Of a DNA stretch of 64,000 nt, positions 26,440 to 39,643 are shown piece by piece (the first letter of the stretch is position 1; the number at the start of each line of letters is the position of its first letter). The DNA comes from Octopus vulgaris (taxonomy: Eukaryota). The DNA is taken from the NCBI GenBank assembly GCA_951406725.2, contig OX597823.1, positions 117,676,001 through 117,740,000 of the forward strand, read 5' to 3'. Under the pieces are notes generated by a model. It did no database searches. It worked only from the letters and a program-made list of their open reading frames with translations, and was not told where the DNA came from. The translations under genes and the position numbers were made by a program.

Positions 26440-27000
26440 AGGTGTCTCCCTTGTGCCCAGGGGTCAGCCTGCAAAGACCCCAGTTCCCTCTGTGTTGTGT
26501 TGCATGCATACAATCAGCCAGGTTCCTGTTCCCGGTCCATTCTATGGTGCTGTCAGTTCACAAACATCTCTGACAGTCTCCCATTCTCTTCCCTTCCACA
26601 CTTCCAGTCAGGATGGTCTTCAACAATGACTCATGACACATTCTATGTCTGAAATGTTCTAACTTTGTGAACTTAATTCTTAACAGTGTCTTTGAACTTC
26701 CAGCATTTCTAGTACTGTAGCATTTACCCTGTCCTTCCAGAGTATTCAGCCCAATCTGTGAAAGATCCACATTTCAAAGGCATCTATCTTCTTTTCCATT
26801 GCTCTATACATTATCCTAGTTTCTGCCTCAAAGAAAACATTTTGAAGAGCACAACAGTTTATTGGCATCAATATTTGGTGCAGTGTTGTGCTTTCTGAGG
26901 TGAAGATTACTTCCATTATTATAAATGCAGTTTTAGCCTTATTTATTCTTTGAGTAACTGCTAGACAGAGGCCTTCCAAATTTATTATTCGTCCTAAATA
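26440..27000 (-). mobile_element. RTE-clade LINE 3' fragment
   Basis: Peptides QRINKAKTAF, KKIDAFEMWIFHRL and LLKTILTGSVEGKR..G.QR. Confidence 0.8.
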
Positions 27001-27034
27001 CATGAAGTACACGTACACACACACACACACACAC

Positions 27035-27228
27035 GTGCAGGTGGCACGTAAAAAACACCCACTACACTCGTGGAGTGGTTGGCGTTAGGAAGGGCATCCA
27101 GCCATAGAAACACTGCCAGATCTGACTGGGCCTGACGAAGCCTTCCAGCTTCACAGACCCCAGTTGACCCGTCCAACCCATGCCAGCATGGAAAGCGGAC
27201 GCTAAACGATGATGATGATGATGATGAT
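27035..27228 (+). mobile_element. Family C repeat
   Basis: Matches 9530-9711 and ends in (GAT)n. Confidence 0.8.
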
Positions 27229-27334
27229 ATATATATATATATACATACATACATATATCTATATACATATATATCTATATACATACATATATCTATATAC
27301 ATATATACATATCTATATACACACATATATATAT

Positions 27335-27725
27335 ACTCTTACTCTCTTTTACTCTTTTACTTGTTTCAGTCATTTGACTGTGGGCATGCTGGAGCACCAC
27401 CTTTAGTCGAGCAAATCGACTCCAGGACTTATTCTTTGTAATCCTAGTACTTATTCTATCAGTCGTTTTTGCCAAACCACTAAGTTACGGGGACATAAAC
27501 ACACCAGCATCGATTGTCAAGCAATATTGGGGGAAGGGGACAGACACACAAACATATACACACACATACATATATATCAGTTTCCGTCCATCAAATCCAC
27601 CCACAAGGCTTTGGTTGGCCCAAGGCTATAGTAGAAGACACTTGCCCAAGATGCCATGCAGTGGTACTGAACCCGGAACCATGTGGTTCGTAAGCAAGCT
27701 ACTTACCACACAGCCGCTCCTACGC
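27335..27725 (-). mobile_element. SINE family B
   Basis: Reverse-complement match to 22005-22375. Confidence 0.85.
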
Positions 27726-28423
27726 ATATATACTTATAAATAAATATATATATACACACACACAAATATATATAGATATGTACATATACATACAATGTGT
27801 ATATATTCATATATATATATATATACACGCATGCACGCATGCACACACACACATAAGCAATTATGCAGATAAACAAATCAGACATATCAAACCTATAACA
27901 TATATTAAATACATCAAATAGAAAACATGAATCTATATATATATATACATGCAAAACACAAGAAAATAAAAGGTGAAAGCTTTCAGATGATGAATTTTTA
28001 TGTATAAATATAGAGATATTTATATTAATAGTTCCGAATTACACAGAGTCCAATGACAGAGAAAATAAAAGAGAAGGAAGAAAGGTGTTATAAACCCAAC
28101 AGCCGTTTCTGGGGGCTCAGTGATTCATAATACTGTTGGTGGATTTAGTTCATCACAATATGCAGCCATATGGATGCATTTAATATAGAATGAGACGAGC
28201 CTCTATAATCTAATCTGTTTATCTACATAATTGCCTTTATACCTGCTCAACTTGATCCCTCTTATAGCCTTTCTTTACCTTGCGGAATGATGCCCCGTAA
28301 AGACTTCGGAGTCTAAGTTTGAATCTTCTGAGCACTAACTAAGTGTCTTCTATACAGAGAATCTTGGGATCTCATCCGTGAACTATATATATCAAAATAA
28401 GCAACATGTATATCCAAGGTAGA

Positions 28424-28509
28424 GTAGTACAATTGTTTCATGCTACTTCATTTTATTAAACACTGTAAGTATTACATCAGTTTTAAAATGTCGAGCAATC
28501 TTCAGCCAC
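28424..28509 (-). ncRNA. Hammerhead ribozyme candidate with long stem II
   Basis: GTGG-CTGAAGA-[59 nt hairpin]-GAAA-CAATTG-TA-CTAC. Confidence 0.68.
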
Positions 28510-28571
28510 TTATAGAATTTTCCAATCAAACAGACAATGTGCATTGTGCGTTTGATTGGAAAATTCTATAT

Positions 28572-28657
28572 GTGGCTGAAGATTGCTCGACATTTTAAAA
28601 CTGATGTAATACTTACAGTGTTTAATAAAATGAAGTAGCATGAAACAACTGTACTAC
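28572..28657 (+). ncRNA. Hammerhead ribozyme candidate with long stem II (mirror copy)
   Basis: GTGG-CTGAAGA-[59 nt hairpin]-GAAA-CAACTG-TA-CTAC. One substitution breaks the stem III palindrome. Confidence 0.62.
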
Positions 28658-28799
28658 TCTACCTTGGATATACATGTTGCTTATTTTGATTATAATCACC
28701 CAATTTAATTTATATGGATAATACCATACAAAATTCTGGTGCCTTTAACTTAAGTACCATATTCATCTGAATCTAAATTTTGCTGAAACCACAGATCAG

Positions 28800-29490
28800 C
28801 TTCAGACCATGCAGACGGAGCTCAACATCAAAAGCTCTGCAGTGGGTCTCAAGATAAACCGCATGAAAACATTCATGTGGTCCAACAATGTACCAACAGG
28901 TCGAATGGTGGTTGGCAGTGATGAAATAGAGGAGGTAAAGGAATATGTCTACCTTGAACAGGAAGTGAATCTGTGCCAAGACATCGAAAAAGAGATCTCA
29001 CAGAGAGTAAGGGCCACATGGAAGGCATTTAATGGCATAAGGGATGTGCTCAAGGGAAGGTTGGACAGAACCACCCACGCCAACCTCTTCAATAGAACAG
29101 TTCTACCTGCAATGTTATATGGTAATGAAACATGGGCTACAAGAAAGAGAGAAGAGCAGAGACTGGTAACGGCTCAAAGAGCCATGAAGAGGTCAATGCT
29201 TGGAATCTTGCTGAGAGAGCACATCAGTAGCAAGGTCATCAGACAGAAGTCCAGTTTAGGTGGGCTGGACACGTCACTAGGCTCATCAATAATTGGTGGA
29301 CCCATTCAGTAGTCGAGTGGTACCCACGCGAGCGGAAACAACCACTCGGAAGGCCTCCACAATAGTGGAGTTACAATTTTAGGAGGGCGTTTGGGACCAC
29401 ATGGATGAGGAAGGCATGATCCAGACAGGAGTGGACAGCGTGCTGTGACCAGTGGTGTCAAATGGACGCTCGACGGACTGGTCGGTCAAG
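28800..29490 (+). mobile_element. RTE-clade LINE 3' fragment (RT C-terminal part)
   Basis: ORF 28809-29312 has VGLKINRMKT, IEEVKEYVYLEQ, EISQRVRATWKAF and LFNRTVLPAMLYGNETW. The frameshifted continuation has WYPRERKQPLGRP. Confidence 0.9.
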
Positions 29491-30663
29491 GTGATATATA
29501 TATATATATATATATTAGTTAAGAAGTTTACTTCCCAACTGCATGATTTCAGGTTCAATCTATTGCACAGCACCTGGAGCAAATATCTTCCATATAGCTC
29601 TGGAAGCTTTGTATATGGATTTGGTAGAAGGAAACTGAAAGAAGCTCAGCATGAGAGAGGAGGAGAAAGAGGAGGGATGGAGAGTGTGTGTGTTTACACT
29701 TGCACTTCCCAAAAAGTCATGAGCTACAAACAAGGATATTACTGCCATTTCTTGTTTAAATAAATAACAGTCTGGCTTTGCATTTTTGAAGATGTGTCAA
29801 ATAAGAAGTTCCTCACCTAGAAAACCAGTAAGAATTAGCGAAGGAAGGACGTCTGACTTGAAAACAATGCCATAATAATATGCTTATTTAAGCCAGGCTA
29901 GTACAGAAAATCAGATGTAAATGAATCAAATTTATATATATATGTGTGTTTATGTGTGTGTGTGTATATATATATATATTATATACACATACACACAAGA
30001 AACTAAGTGACATTTGCATATGAGTTTGACACATATACACATTACATTACATACATTTTCTTTATACAAAAGAATAAAAATAGAAGAAATACTGAGATGC
30101 CTAAAGACAATATCTTAATCTCTGAACCGAACTGATAATACAATTGGATGGAAGCAAAACTGACTAATCACTTCACTCACTTCTAATAGAAATCTTTTTT
30201 TTTTCTCATCTAATTTTTGCTAAGTGTGCATATGCATGTGTGTGGGAGCATGTGTGTGTGTATGTGCGCAAGCACTTGTGTGTGTGTGTGTGTATGTGTG
30301 TGCTCATGTGTATTGATAGATAATTCCAGTTTACGTTAGAAATAATGGGTGGGGTTGAAGAAAATGGAGCAAAAGACAAGAAAAGCAATTTCCAATAAAG
30401 TCTGATATTTGGAGACATTGCAATATTAGTAATGTCAAAAAACAGAATTTCTCTCTCTCTCTCACACACACACACACGCGCGCACACACACATGTACACA
30501 CGCATGCACACAACAAAAATATGGAAAATACTGCAGAAAATAATAAAACAAAATTAGAAATAGAACAAGTAACTACAACAAAAAATGGTTTCCTAAATTT
30601 ACAAAAAAATATTCTTAAAAGCATAGAACTGAAAATTATCAAAACTTTTCTATTGTTAAATGT

Positions 30664-30739
<76 letters not shown>

Positions 30740-32148
30740 TATGTATGTATGGTTTCTTTTGCATAATTTATCTAGTGTAACAATACTGCCAAATGCCTCC
30801 TCGTTAGAACTCATCTAATTAGGAACTGTCAAAAGCTGAAGCTAAATGACAACGCCTCAGTAACAAGGATGAATAACAGTGATACAGAAGAAGCTGCCGA
30901 CGGTAACCATGGGACGAAATAGCAACAAAAAGAAAAAGTTGAAATTAAAGGAATAACTTTGATATGACAGAATTTCCCTACCAGTCTTATTTCTGTATTT
31001 ACATTCTAAGAACAAACAATAACTAAATAAATACAATGCAAGCTAACTATTTTCTGGGTTTTTTTTTTATCTATCTATCATTATAACGACAATAAGCATG
31101 AGCATAATCACCTAAGAACCACTATCACAAGTATAATATAGTTTGTACAGTTGTGTAAAACTTAATGATCACATACTGTCTTATAGAGATAGGATCAGGT
31201 GGTTGATGAGTTTTTTTTTATTTTTGTTGGTTTTTTTTTGCTTTTTTAATTAAAAAAAAATATTTTATGAATTAATAGATGCTAGAAAGGCAGAAATAAC
31301 TCTCAGGTTTGATCTGATTACTTGCTGTAATATGCACTTTACTGCAGACACTAAAGAGACAAGTGGCAATGTTAAACCAGACTGTGGATTGGGTTTTCCA
31401 CTCAATGTTGCCGCAGTAGAAGAGGAAGTAGTTCCTGGTGGTAACAGAGAAAGACAGATTCTGCCAACAATTGTAGTCTTGCTGGGTCTTAGTTAATTTC
31501 TATCAAATCTCAACAACAAACACTTCATTAATTGAATAATTAGTTCTGAGTAAATTGCAAACAGACTTTGGTTCACCACCTCAAGTATATTTAGTTAAGT
31601 ATGCACTTAACTGCATATTTGACATGCAGAAGACATCCGTAATCATTCCTTAATATCATATTTTGGTTTGCCTAAGGAGTGAATTATTTTCACACAAAAT
31701 ATGAGGCTGTTCCAGTAACCTCCTAATGAGCAATAATGTTCAAAAGCGAAACATCTAATTTTTAAAAAATCATCTAATTGTGAAGAACTGCTGGCTAATT
31801 AGTTGGATGTTTTTTGGAGTTTTTTAAAGCAAATATTCAATTATACAATTTTTTAAAGAAATAATTGACTGAGTTGTTTCTGAAGAAATATTGATGCTTT
31901 GTTATAGTTCTTAAAGAAAAAAAAAATGGTTGACTGATTCAAGTTAATACTGGTCAGTTGACCACAAGACACTGTGGATGTTACATAACTCCAGTTCTGC
32001 AATCCTAATGATTTTTAAACTCTTCATCTATTCATATACTAGACATTCAAATGTTTTAATCTCACATCAAGTAACTTATGACACTATCATAATAAAGATT
32101 CATTAATTAAAAAGCGTATCAAAGTATTGTTATATTTCTGTGCAAATA

Positions 32149-32530
32149 AAGGCAGCAAGCTGGCAGAGTCGTTAGCATGTTGACCAAAATGCTTAGCGGC
32201 ATTTCACCCATCTATATATTCTGAGTTCAAATTCCACCAAGACTGAATTCACCTTTCGTCATTTAAGGGTCGATGAAATAAGTACCAATGCAGCATCACA
32301 CTCGAAAATTTCAGGGGCCTTGTGCCCAGAGTAGAATGAATATTTGTGTGTAAATAAAAGCGGCAGGCTAACAAAATTGTCATTGAGTAGGACAAAATAT
32401 TTAGCAGTAATTCATCAGGTTTTACATTCCAAGTTCAAATGTTGCTGAGGTTGACTTTGCCTTTCATTCTTTAATAAGTACCAACTGAGCACTGGGGTTA
32501 ATGTAATTAATTTCCCCCTCCCCTCAAAAC
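32149..32530 (+). mobile_element. Two tandem degenerate SINE family A copies
   Basis: Heads at ~32149 and ~32358, each followed by GTTCAAAT..GACT..CCTTTC..AAGTACCA. Confidence 0.75.
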
Positions 32531-34036
32531 TAATGATCTTGGGCCATGAATTTAAATATTTGTAAATATATATGTCAAAATATATTCCTCAGATTTGCAT
32601 TTTTGCATCAATTTCCTGCACTTCCAATCAATATGAGTCAAAATATACCTTAATTTATCAAATACATTTACATGCATTAAATTTATCAATATTGCCCACT
32701 TTCACTTCTGCTATTGAGAAATACATCCAGATTGCAAACACAAAATGTGCAGCTCTTTGCTATTAGGATTCATAAAATTCAAATCATTTTAAAATTTCAA
32801 TATTTAAAAAAAAAAAAAAACTTTGAATTCCTTTATCTCTACCACTTTCATTTTAGCTTTGAATTGTGGTATTTATATTAAAAATAGTTCATTACAGAAA
32901 AGCATTTTACTTTGAATTGTGTCACGTTATTTGATGCAAGTATCAGTCAACATAATGTATGGTATGTATTTTAAAACTAACTCATTAATGAAAAGCAAAA
33001 TATTTTATTAGTAGTGGTAGATTAATGACAATGTCTAGTGGAATCTTTAACCAATAGTAAGTTAAGTTGGTTATGGGTTAAACGTATGTATGATGCCTAT
33101 GAATAAAATAATATAAAGGAAGTGCTTCCAACTGGGAAATACTAATCCCAAAGAGCACAGCTTGGTAGAAAACTAGTTAATGTAGAAACATAACTAAACT
33201 TTACAAGTCTATACTATAATGTTACACAAACAGAGAACATCCATCTATCTAAACTCTCATCACGAGGTTCAAGTATAAGCTGGTTGTTCCTACTTTTAGG
33301 TAAAAGGTGGTATGAACTTACTCAATGGATATAATGTGATATGGAAGCCAATATTTGGACTCTTGATACATATAACCATACACAAATGGCTGAGCCACTG
33401 AGCTATCATTGTAAGTTCAAACAAATATTACTGATCTTGATAAAGATGTGTTTCAATGCACAGACAACACACACACACAAAGAACTCCAAATTTATGGAC
33501 AAGAACCTACTTAAAAAACCCTTTCACATACTTCAGTGACCACTAACACCTCACTTCTTGAATGTTTTGTATTCCCAACACTGGGAATATAAATACTCCA
33601 AAGAGTCGTAATTTTCTTTTGAAAACCAAAAACTACATTAGTGTAGAATCAACATTAAATCTTTACATTACACAACATCAGATCATGGAATATGTCCCAC
33701 CTATCTCTAAGAGTGTACCTATTTTGATCACCTTAATTTAAAAGGATGGCCCAGAGGATCCCTCGTCCATCTAATTCACAGGCTCTCTATCAAGCCATTA
33801 AATGAAATTACATGGTCGCTACAGTTGTGAGAAATAGTAGTCAAATCTTCCTCAAATCACATTTTACTATCTTAGGTAAAAGATACAACTGACACTGTAT
33901 TTTCTGATAATAAAAAAAAAGAAAACAGCTTGATCATGACTGGAATACCTTTGGACATACTTCTACTGAATCAGGATTAAACAACAATAAATTCTCCTTA
34001 AATTATTAACTTCCTTAACTTAACCCCCAACATGAT

Positions 34037-34089
<53 letters not shown>

Positions 34090-34599
34090 ACATAGACACA
34101 TTCATTACATTTTCTCATTACACAATGTAATAAAACCATTAAACTATTCAGTGACTTGTAGAGCCCCATTGAAAACATTGTCTTCAAATGGAATTTCAAG
34201 GAAAAATAAGTGATTTACTGCCAATTTCCTGAATTCAGCTCTACAAGAACATGCAGTCCTTTAGTCAATTGACATTTCAGCTTTGTTACCATAGTCATGT
34301 AGTGAATGTTAAGTCAGCATGTACAATTGTGATTGTACAAAGCTTGATTGCCATTCATCAACACACCACATTCTGTAATTAACAGAATGGTTATAAAGGC
34401 AGATAAACCTAACTGACAGATCATGTGATTCAACTGTAACCAGTTTGAAGAAACTAAGTGGATTTAAAACCATAGTATTCTTTAATAATATTTAATCTAA
34501 TACTATGCTAATATTTAATCTAAAACATTGACAGCATGACTAGAAACACAACAATATATCAGCTGATGTGTAGTATAACATAATTGTTGCAAAACATCC

Positions 34600-34820
34600 A
34601 ACCCTTTAGAATTTAAACAGGTGATATCCAGCCCAAATATTCTACCTGTTTTATGTTCAAATTGGCCAGATCTGGCCTCCCACATCTAACCTACAATGTC
34701 ATTCTAAAAATAAACAATCACATCATCAAAATCTCAAAGCTATGCAATCATGCTTCGTTAATTCAGAACAATTTGAATAAGAAAGCTTTACATTTGACAC
34801 AGTAACCTGAATTCTAACGA
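34600..34820. mobile_element. Decayed MITE related to 11921-12075
   Basis: Shares ACCCTTTAG.ATTTAAAC...TCCAGCCCAAATATTCTACCTG...ACAATCACATCA.CAAAATCTCAA. Confidence 0.55.
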
Positions 34821-35119
34821 GCTCCTCATTTAATATCATGTAACATCAGGTGGCTAATTCAACCAAATCAACAATGAGGAACTATTTCATTTCATTTACA
34901 TAAAACCCTTTTTTTATATACCTTTCTCTCTTATTCCCATAAAACCTGCAAGAAACAGCAGCCAAGCTACATCACATCCTACCATACTGTCTTGAAATAA
35001 GACACATTGGACAACAGAATTCTGGCTTGGGAAGTGAACTTCTTAATCACAGAGGAACACCTGTGCATATATGTGTATATATATATATATATATCATGTG
35101 TATATGCATATATATGCTG

Positions 35120-35440
35120 CTGGCACTTCGTTGGTTGTGACGATAAGGGTCCCAGTTGATTTGATTGATGGAAAAGCCTGCTTGTTCCTGAAATTAACTT
35201 GCAAGTGGCTGAGCACTCCACAGACATGCGTACCCTTAATGTAGTTCTCAGGGAGATTTAGCATGACACAGAATGCGACAAGGCTGGCCCTTTGAAACGC
35301 AGGTATTAATCGTTTTACCAGCTGAGTGGACTGAAGCAACATGAAATAAAAGCGTCTTGTTCAAGGACACAACACGCCATTGGGAATCGAACTCATAACT
35401 TTATGATCATGAGCTAAATACCCTAACCACTAAGTTACAC
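35120..35440 (-). mobile_element. tRNA-derived SINE
   Basis: Minus-strand head with TAGTGGTTAGGG (A-box) and GAGTTCGATTCC (B-box), then GTGTTGTGTCCTTGAACAAGAC. Confidence 0.75.
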
Positions 35441-36919
35441 CTCTTCATATACACACACACACATATGTATATATATATATATATATATATAAACACAGGT
35501 GTATGTGTGCGTGTGTGTATGAAATGTGTTTTCGTGTTGCATATGCATGTATGTTAGATTATGACTGATTAGTATAAAATATACAACAACAACAACAGTT
35601 ATAATAATCAGTAAAATAAACAATATTTTGGTGGGAAATAAACCCTCAAAACTGTAAAGATACTGATATAAATTGATAGATATACCTTTTAATAATTTCT
35701 GAAATTAATAAAACCTTGAAATACACAAAATCTTTGTTACAAAAAAAAGAAAAAGGTAACAAGAATCACCCTCTTTATTTTTTTTTAATCATACAATCAC
35801 CACTATTTGAATACAAATATAAACTGCGTATCAAAAGATTTTAAATGTGATTATGCACAATAGGCTTCTATCAATAGATTTCATTGATAACCAGAAAGGA
35901 GAAAGCTGTGAAAGGAAATTTTGTAACAACAGAAAAATAAAGTTGAAAAAAAAAAAAAAAATTATAAAATTTGGCATCTGAAAGAAAGTGATAATAGTTC
36001 AGAAAGTGAGAAAAGGGAGTTCATCTGGTCAATAGCACAATAACAGGGAAGTTAACATTTTGAATAATATCATATCTAACATTGCCGGCATTAAAATATT
36101 CATATTTGAATTAATATTTCCATCAAAATTTCATGAATGATAATATAAGATATGAGGAGGTAAATATCTTGTCTTTTGTTAAACTCAATATAATGTTTTG
36201 TTTTGTTTTGTTTTTTTTTTTGTTTCTTTGTATCATTTTGGAAATTTGTTGAATCTTGTAAGAAACAGGGTCACAATAGGATGAAGTTAACTAACGCAGA
36301 AGGCACAAGATTAAAATCTTTCCTGTAAGACTTTTCTTATCTACTTACACTGTTCAAGAAAAAAATTCTCAAAGTCCACAATTGAAATCTTTCACTAACA
36401 TTTGCCAGGCCCATTAAAGATGTCAAAGTTAGAAAATTAAACCTCAATCATAATAAAAAATAAGAACTGAAAGAAAAAAAATGCATCAAGCATACAGAAG
36501 AGTTTTCTTTGGTTGGATGAATCTGAAAATGTTTAGTTTGCATTTGATCAAGAAATTCAGATCTGAAACAGTCTACAACTCACAGCATAAAGAGTTCAAT
36601 ACCAACACAACACCATGTTCTACGCAAACTATGCTAAACACTCTACTGTAAACAACTGGAATATATTGCTAATAAGCTACATAACTCTATTGGATACTGT
36701 TAAACTCAATGAAAACAGATTCCACATGGAGTGATTAGGCAAAAGAAATGCCTCTAACTGGGAAAAAAGAAATTCTTCAAGCAAGGCTAAATACCCTGGT
36801 TCTTATCTATTTGCCTCACTACTTCTTACCAGATTTGTCACTCACACTATTTCTCTCCCATGCACCAAATACTGGTTTCAAATTTTGGCACAAGGACAGC
36901 GATTTCGAGGGAAGGGGTA

Positions 36920-37065
36920 CCAGTGCCCTCAACTGGTACTTATTTTATCGACCCCAAAAGGATGAAAGACAAAGTCAACCTTCATGGAATTTGAACTCAG
37001 AATGTAAAGATGGATGAAATGCCAGTAAGAATTTTGACCAGCTAATGACTCTGCCAGCTCACCAC
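36920..37065 (-). mobile_element. Partial SINE family A
   Basis: CTGGTACTTATTTTATCGACCCCAAAAGGATGAAAGACAAAGTCAACC. Confidence 0.75.
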
Positions 37066-37345
37066 CTCTGCATCAAATATTGCATGCAGTACTTCAATAA
37101 GAGAAGTACAATGGCATCTATGTAGAAACACAAATTCTTTCTAGTCTTGGCTCGAAATAATTTATCTCCTAGCTTTGAAGCTCCTTGTTAACCCATGGCT
37201 ACCTTTGCACTTTTCTAATACTAACCACTAAAATGTGAATGCAGTAGGAAAAGTAGATTAAGTTGGTTAATTCTTTCAACTATTTTTAAAAATTGATCTG
37301 TTTATGTGAAGAACATATAATGATGATGATGATGATGATCTTTAA

Positions 37346-37567
37346 CCCTTTCGTTACTGTATTTATTTTGAGATGCTCTGTGTTTTTCTCAATTATTTTA
37401 TATATAACAAAGAATTTAGTAAAATAACTTAGTTATCATTAAGCTAGTATCAGAGACCATTAATTGTGACTAAGGTTTAGTGGAAGATTTTAATTCAAAA
37501 TTTATGAAAACAAGACATTTGTACTACAGAGCCAGAGCTGGTTTCAGTCGGGTTGGTAATAAAAGGG
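37346..37567. mobile_element. piggyBac-like MITE with TTAA target-site duplication
   Basis: TTAA-CCCTTTCGTTAC ... GTAATAAAAGGG-TTAA. Confidence 0.85.
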
Positions 37568-38446
37568 TTAAACAATGATTAAATAAAAATTATAAAATTC
37601 AATATTTTTTTTCATTAATATTGTCACTACAATGCACAAATTTGGCAACTTAAACTAAGAAGAAAATTAAGATAACTTTGAAATTTTATAAGTTTAACCA
37701 AATATAAAATGGCTTTTGCTTCTTTTATAGCACACATTAATGATAATATTAATATTAGTAGCATCATCATCACTGTTATTACAACAAATTCATAACAAAA
37801 ACAACCACATTGTAAAGATGTCTTAAAGTTAAGAAGATATCACAAGGTGGCATGTATAAAACTATATAAAAATCAGCAAATATAATTTCTGGTACAGTTC
37901 AATCCTTCAAGAAATTTTTCAAGGGTAAAGACCACAAGAAATATTAGTTTCAAAACTGCCTTGAAGATTGGACAAAATTTATGAAAAGTTTCAAAAACTG
38001 CTAAGATTTTGGTGTGTATATATTAAGATCAGATATCTTGAAAACTGATAAATCTTGTAATTTGGGCAACAAACTAACTTATACTGTTATGAATGGGTTA
38101 AACCAATATGATAATTCTCCAAGAAGAGGACATCAAAACAAACTTCAAAGATTGACAACAGCATCTTCACTATCAGCAGCTTTGACATTTTCACAGATAT
38201 TTTTGCTTTTTTAACTTGTGGATTGGATGGATCTAATGTCTTCAACCTCATAAGTTATTACTATTTCTGATTTTAGTTTTTTTGGGTTTTTTTTCTCACA
38301 ATCCAAACCTATCAAAACCTTCAACTAACTCATTTATCTTTCAGAAACTTTCAAAGCTACTTCATGTCTAAAGTATTTTTATGTACAATATCTAAATTAC
38401 CTCTTGACTGAATGTTTTTTGTTACAGGAAGAAACATTTAAATGAA

Positions 38447-38485
<39 letters not shown>

Positions 38486-39453
38486 CTTTGCAATTGATAG
38501 AACATCTCAAGATATCAAACATAGGATATAAATATTCTATCTACTTCTACAAATAAATATGTATTACTAGCCATAAATCTAGTGAATATGCACAACTCAA
38601 TTCTGGCTACCTATACACAATGCAATGTGTGCGTGTGTGGATGGGTGGATATCATCATTCTCATCATCTTTTAACATCCATGTTCCATGATGGCATGGGT
38701 TAGACAGTTTGACAGAATCAAATGGATTCAAGGACTGCAAGACGTCTATTTTGGTATAGTTTGTACAGCTAGATGCCCTTCCTTATGCTAACCATTTAAC
38801 AGCATGTCCAGAATATTTTTTGTGCTACCTGCACTAGTGAGGCCTCCATGAAGTTTAGAAGACTACAAACTCCAAGGGGGCAACTTTATGTTAGGAGATG
38901 AAGTGTAAAAATATAAGAGGAACCAGAGCAGAACAGGTTTCTTGCAGTGGGAGAGTCACATGACAACTCACATTTTAGATAAGAGGGTGGGTGTTATCAA
39001 GTGGAGCTGGGAAGCAATAAAAGAAAATAATGATGATGAGGTGTCAGGATGGGCCATCAAGACACAAGATGGGTCAAAATGAGAGGGATAAAGTAGAAGA
39101 TACCTGACAGTGAGAGCAGCAAAACAATGATGATGAAACAGGAGGAGGGTGAGAGGAGGATAATTGATTTCCAATAGGTTGCAATAGATGGAGAAGAAAC
39201 AGAAGCAGACATAGTGTATGAGAAAATTGGGAGATGTGTGGTGGGAGAGAGAGGAAGGACAATTGGTGGCTCAAAGGGTGGAGGTGATCAATGAAAAAGT
39301 GAGTGGAGAGAAGAGTATCAATGAATGAAAAGCGGATAACAAGTGAAATGGTTCTGCATAGTAAAAAGAGTGGTATCAAGACAGAGCTACAGTTAGGGAG
39401 ATGATGAGTGGTAGGGGTATCTAAAGGGGGGAAGGAAATTGGGTGAAAGGCCC

Positions 39454-39484
<31 letters not shown>

Positions 39485-39643
39485 CTTTATTTAAAAGCAG
39501 CAGAAATATAACAAAAGCTGTTTAATATTAAATAAGGCATATTACTCAAACTCTGGTATTTGAGTACTCTTTTTTCCACCTTGTTTCACATTTATGAAGC
39601 TTACTCCGGTATATATGAAGCTTACTCCGGTATATATATATAT

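Larger units (their letters stand above)
28391..28690. repeat. Near-perfect 300 bp palindrome (foldback) with hammerhead motifs in both arms
   Basis: Arms of 150 bp centred on 28540/28541, about 4 mismatches, essentially no spacer. Confidence 0.96.

Noticed and set aside
28095-28385. Possible hammerhead with a very long loop on the minus strand (CGGATGA ... GAAACGGCTGT)
   Set aside because: The core has a mismatch, the base of stem II does not pair and stem I is unconvincing. It may be a decayed terminal repeat but cannot be supported.
31265-31490. Stop-free minus-strand frame of about 75 codons in unique-looking sequence
   Set aside because: No start codon, no convincing splice sites and no resemblance to RIC1 or any family I recognise.
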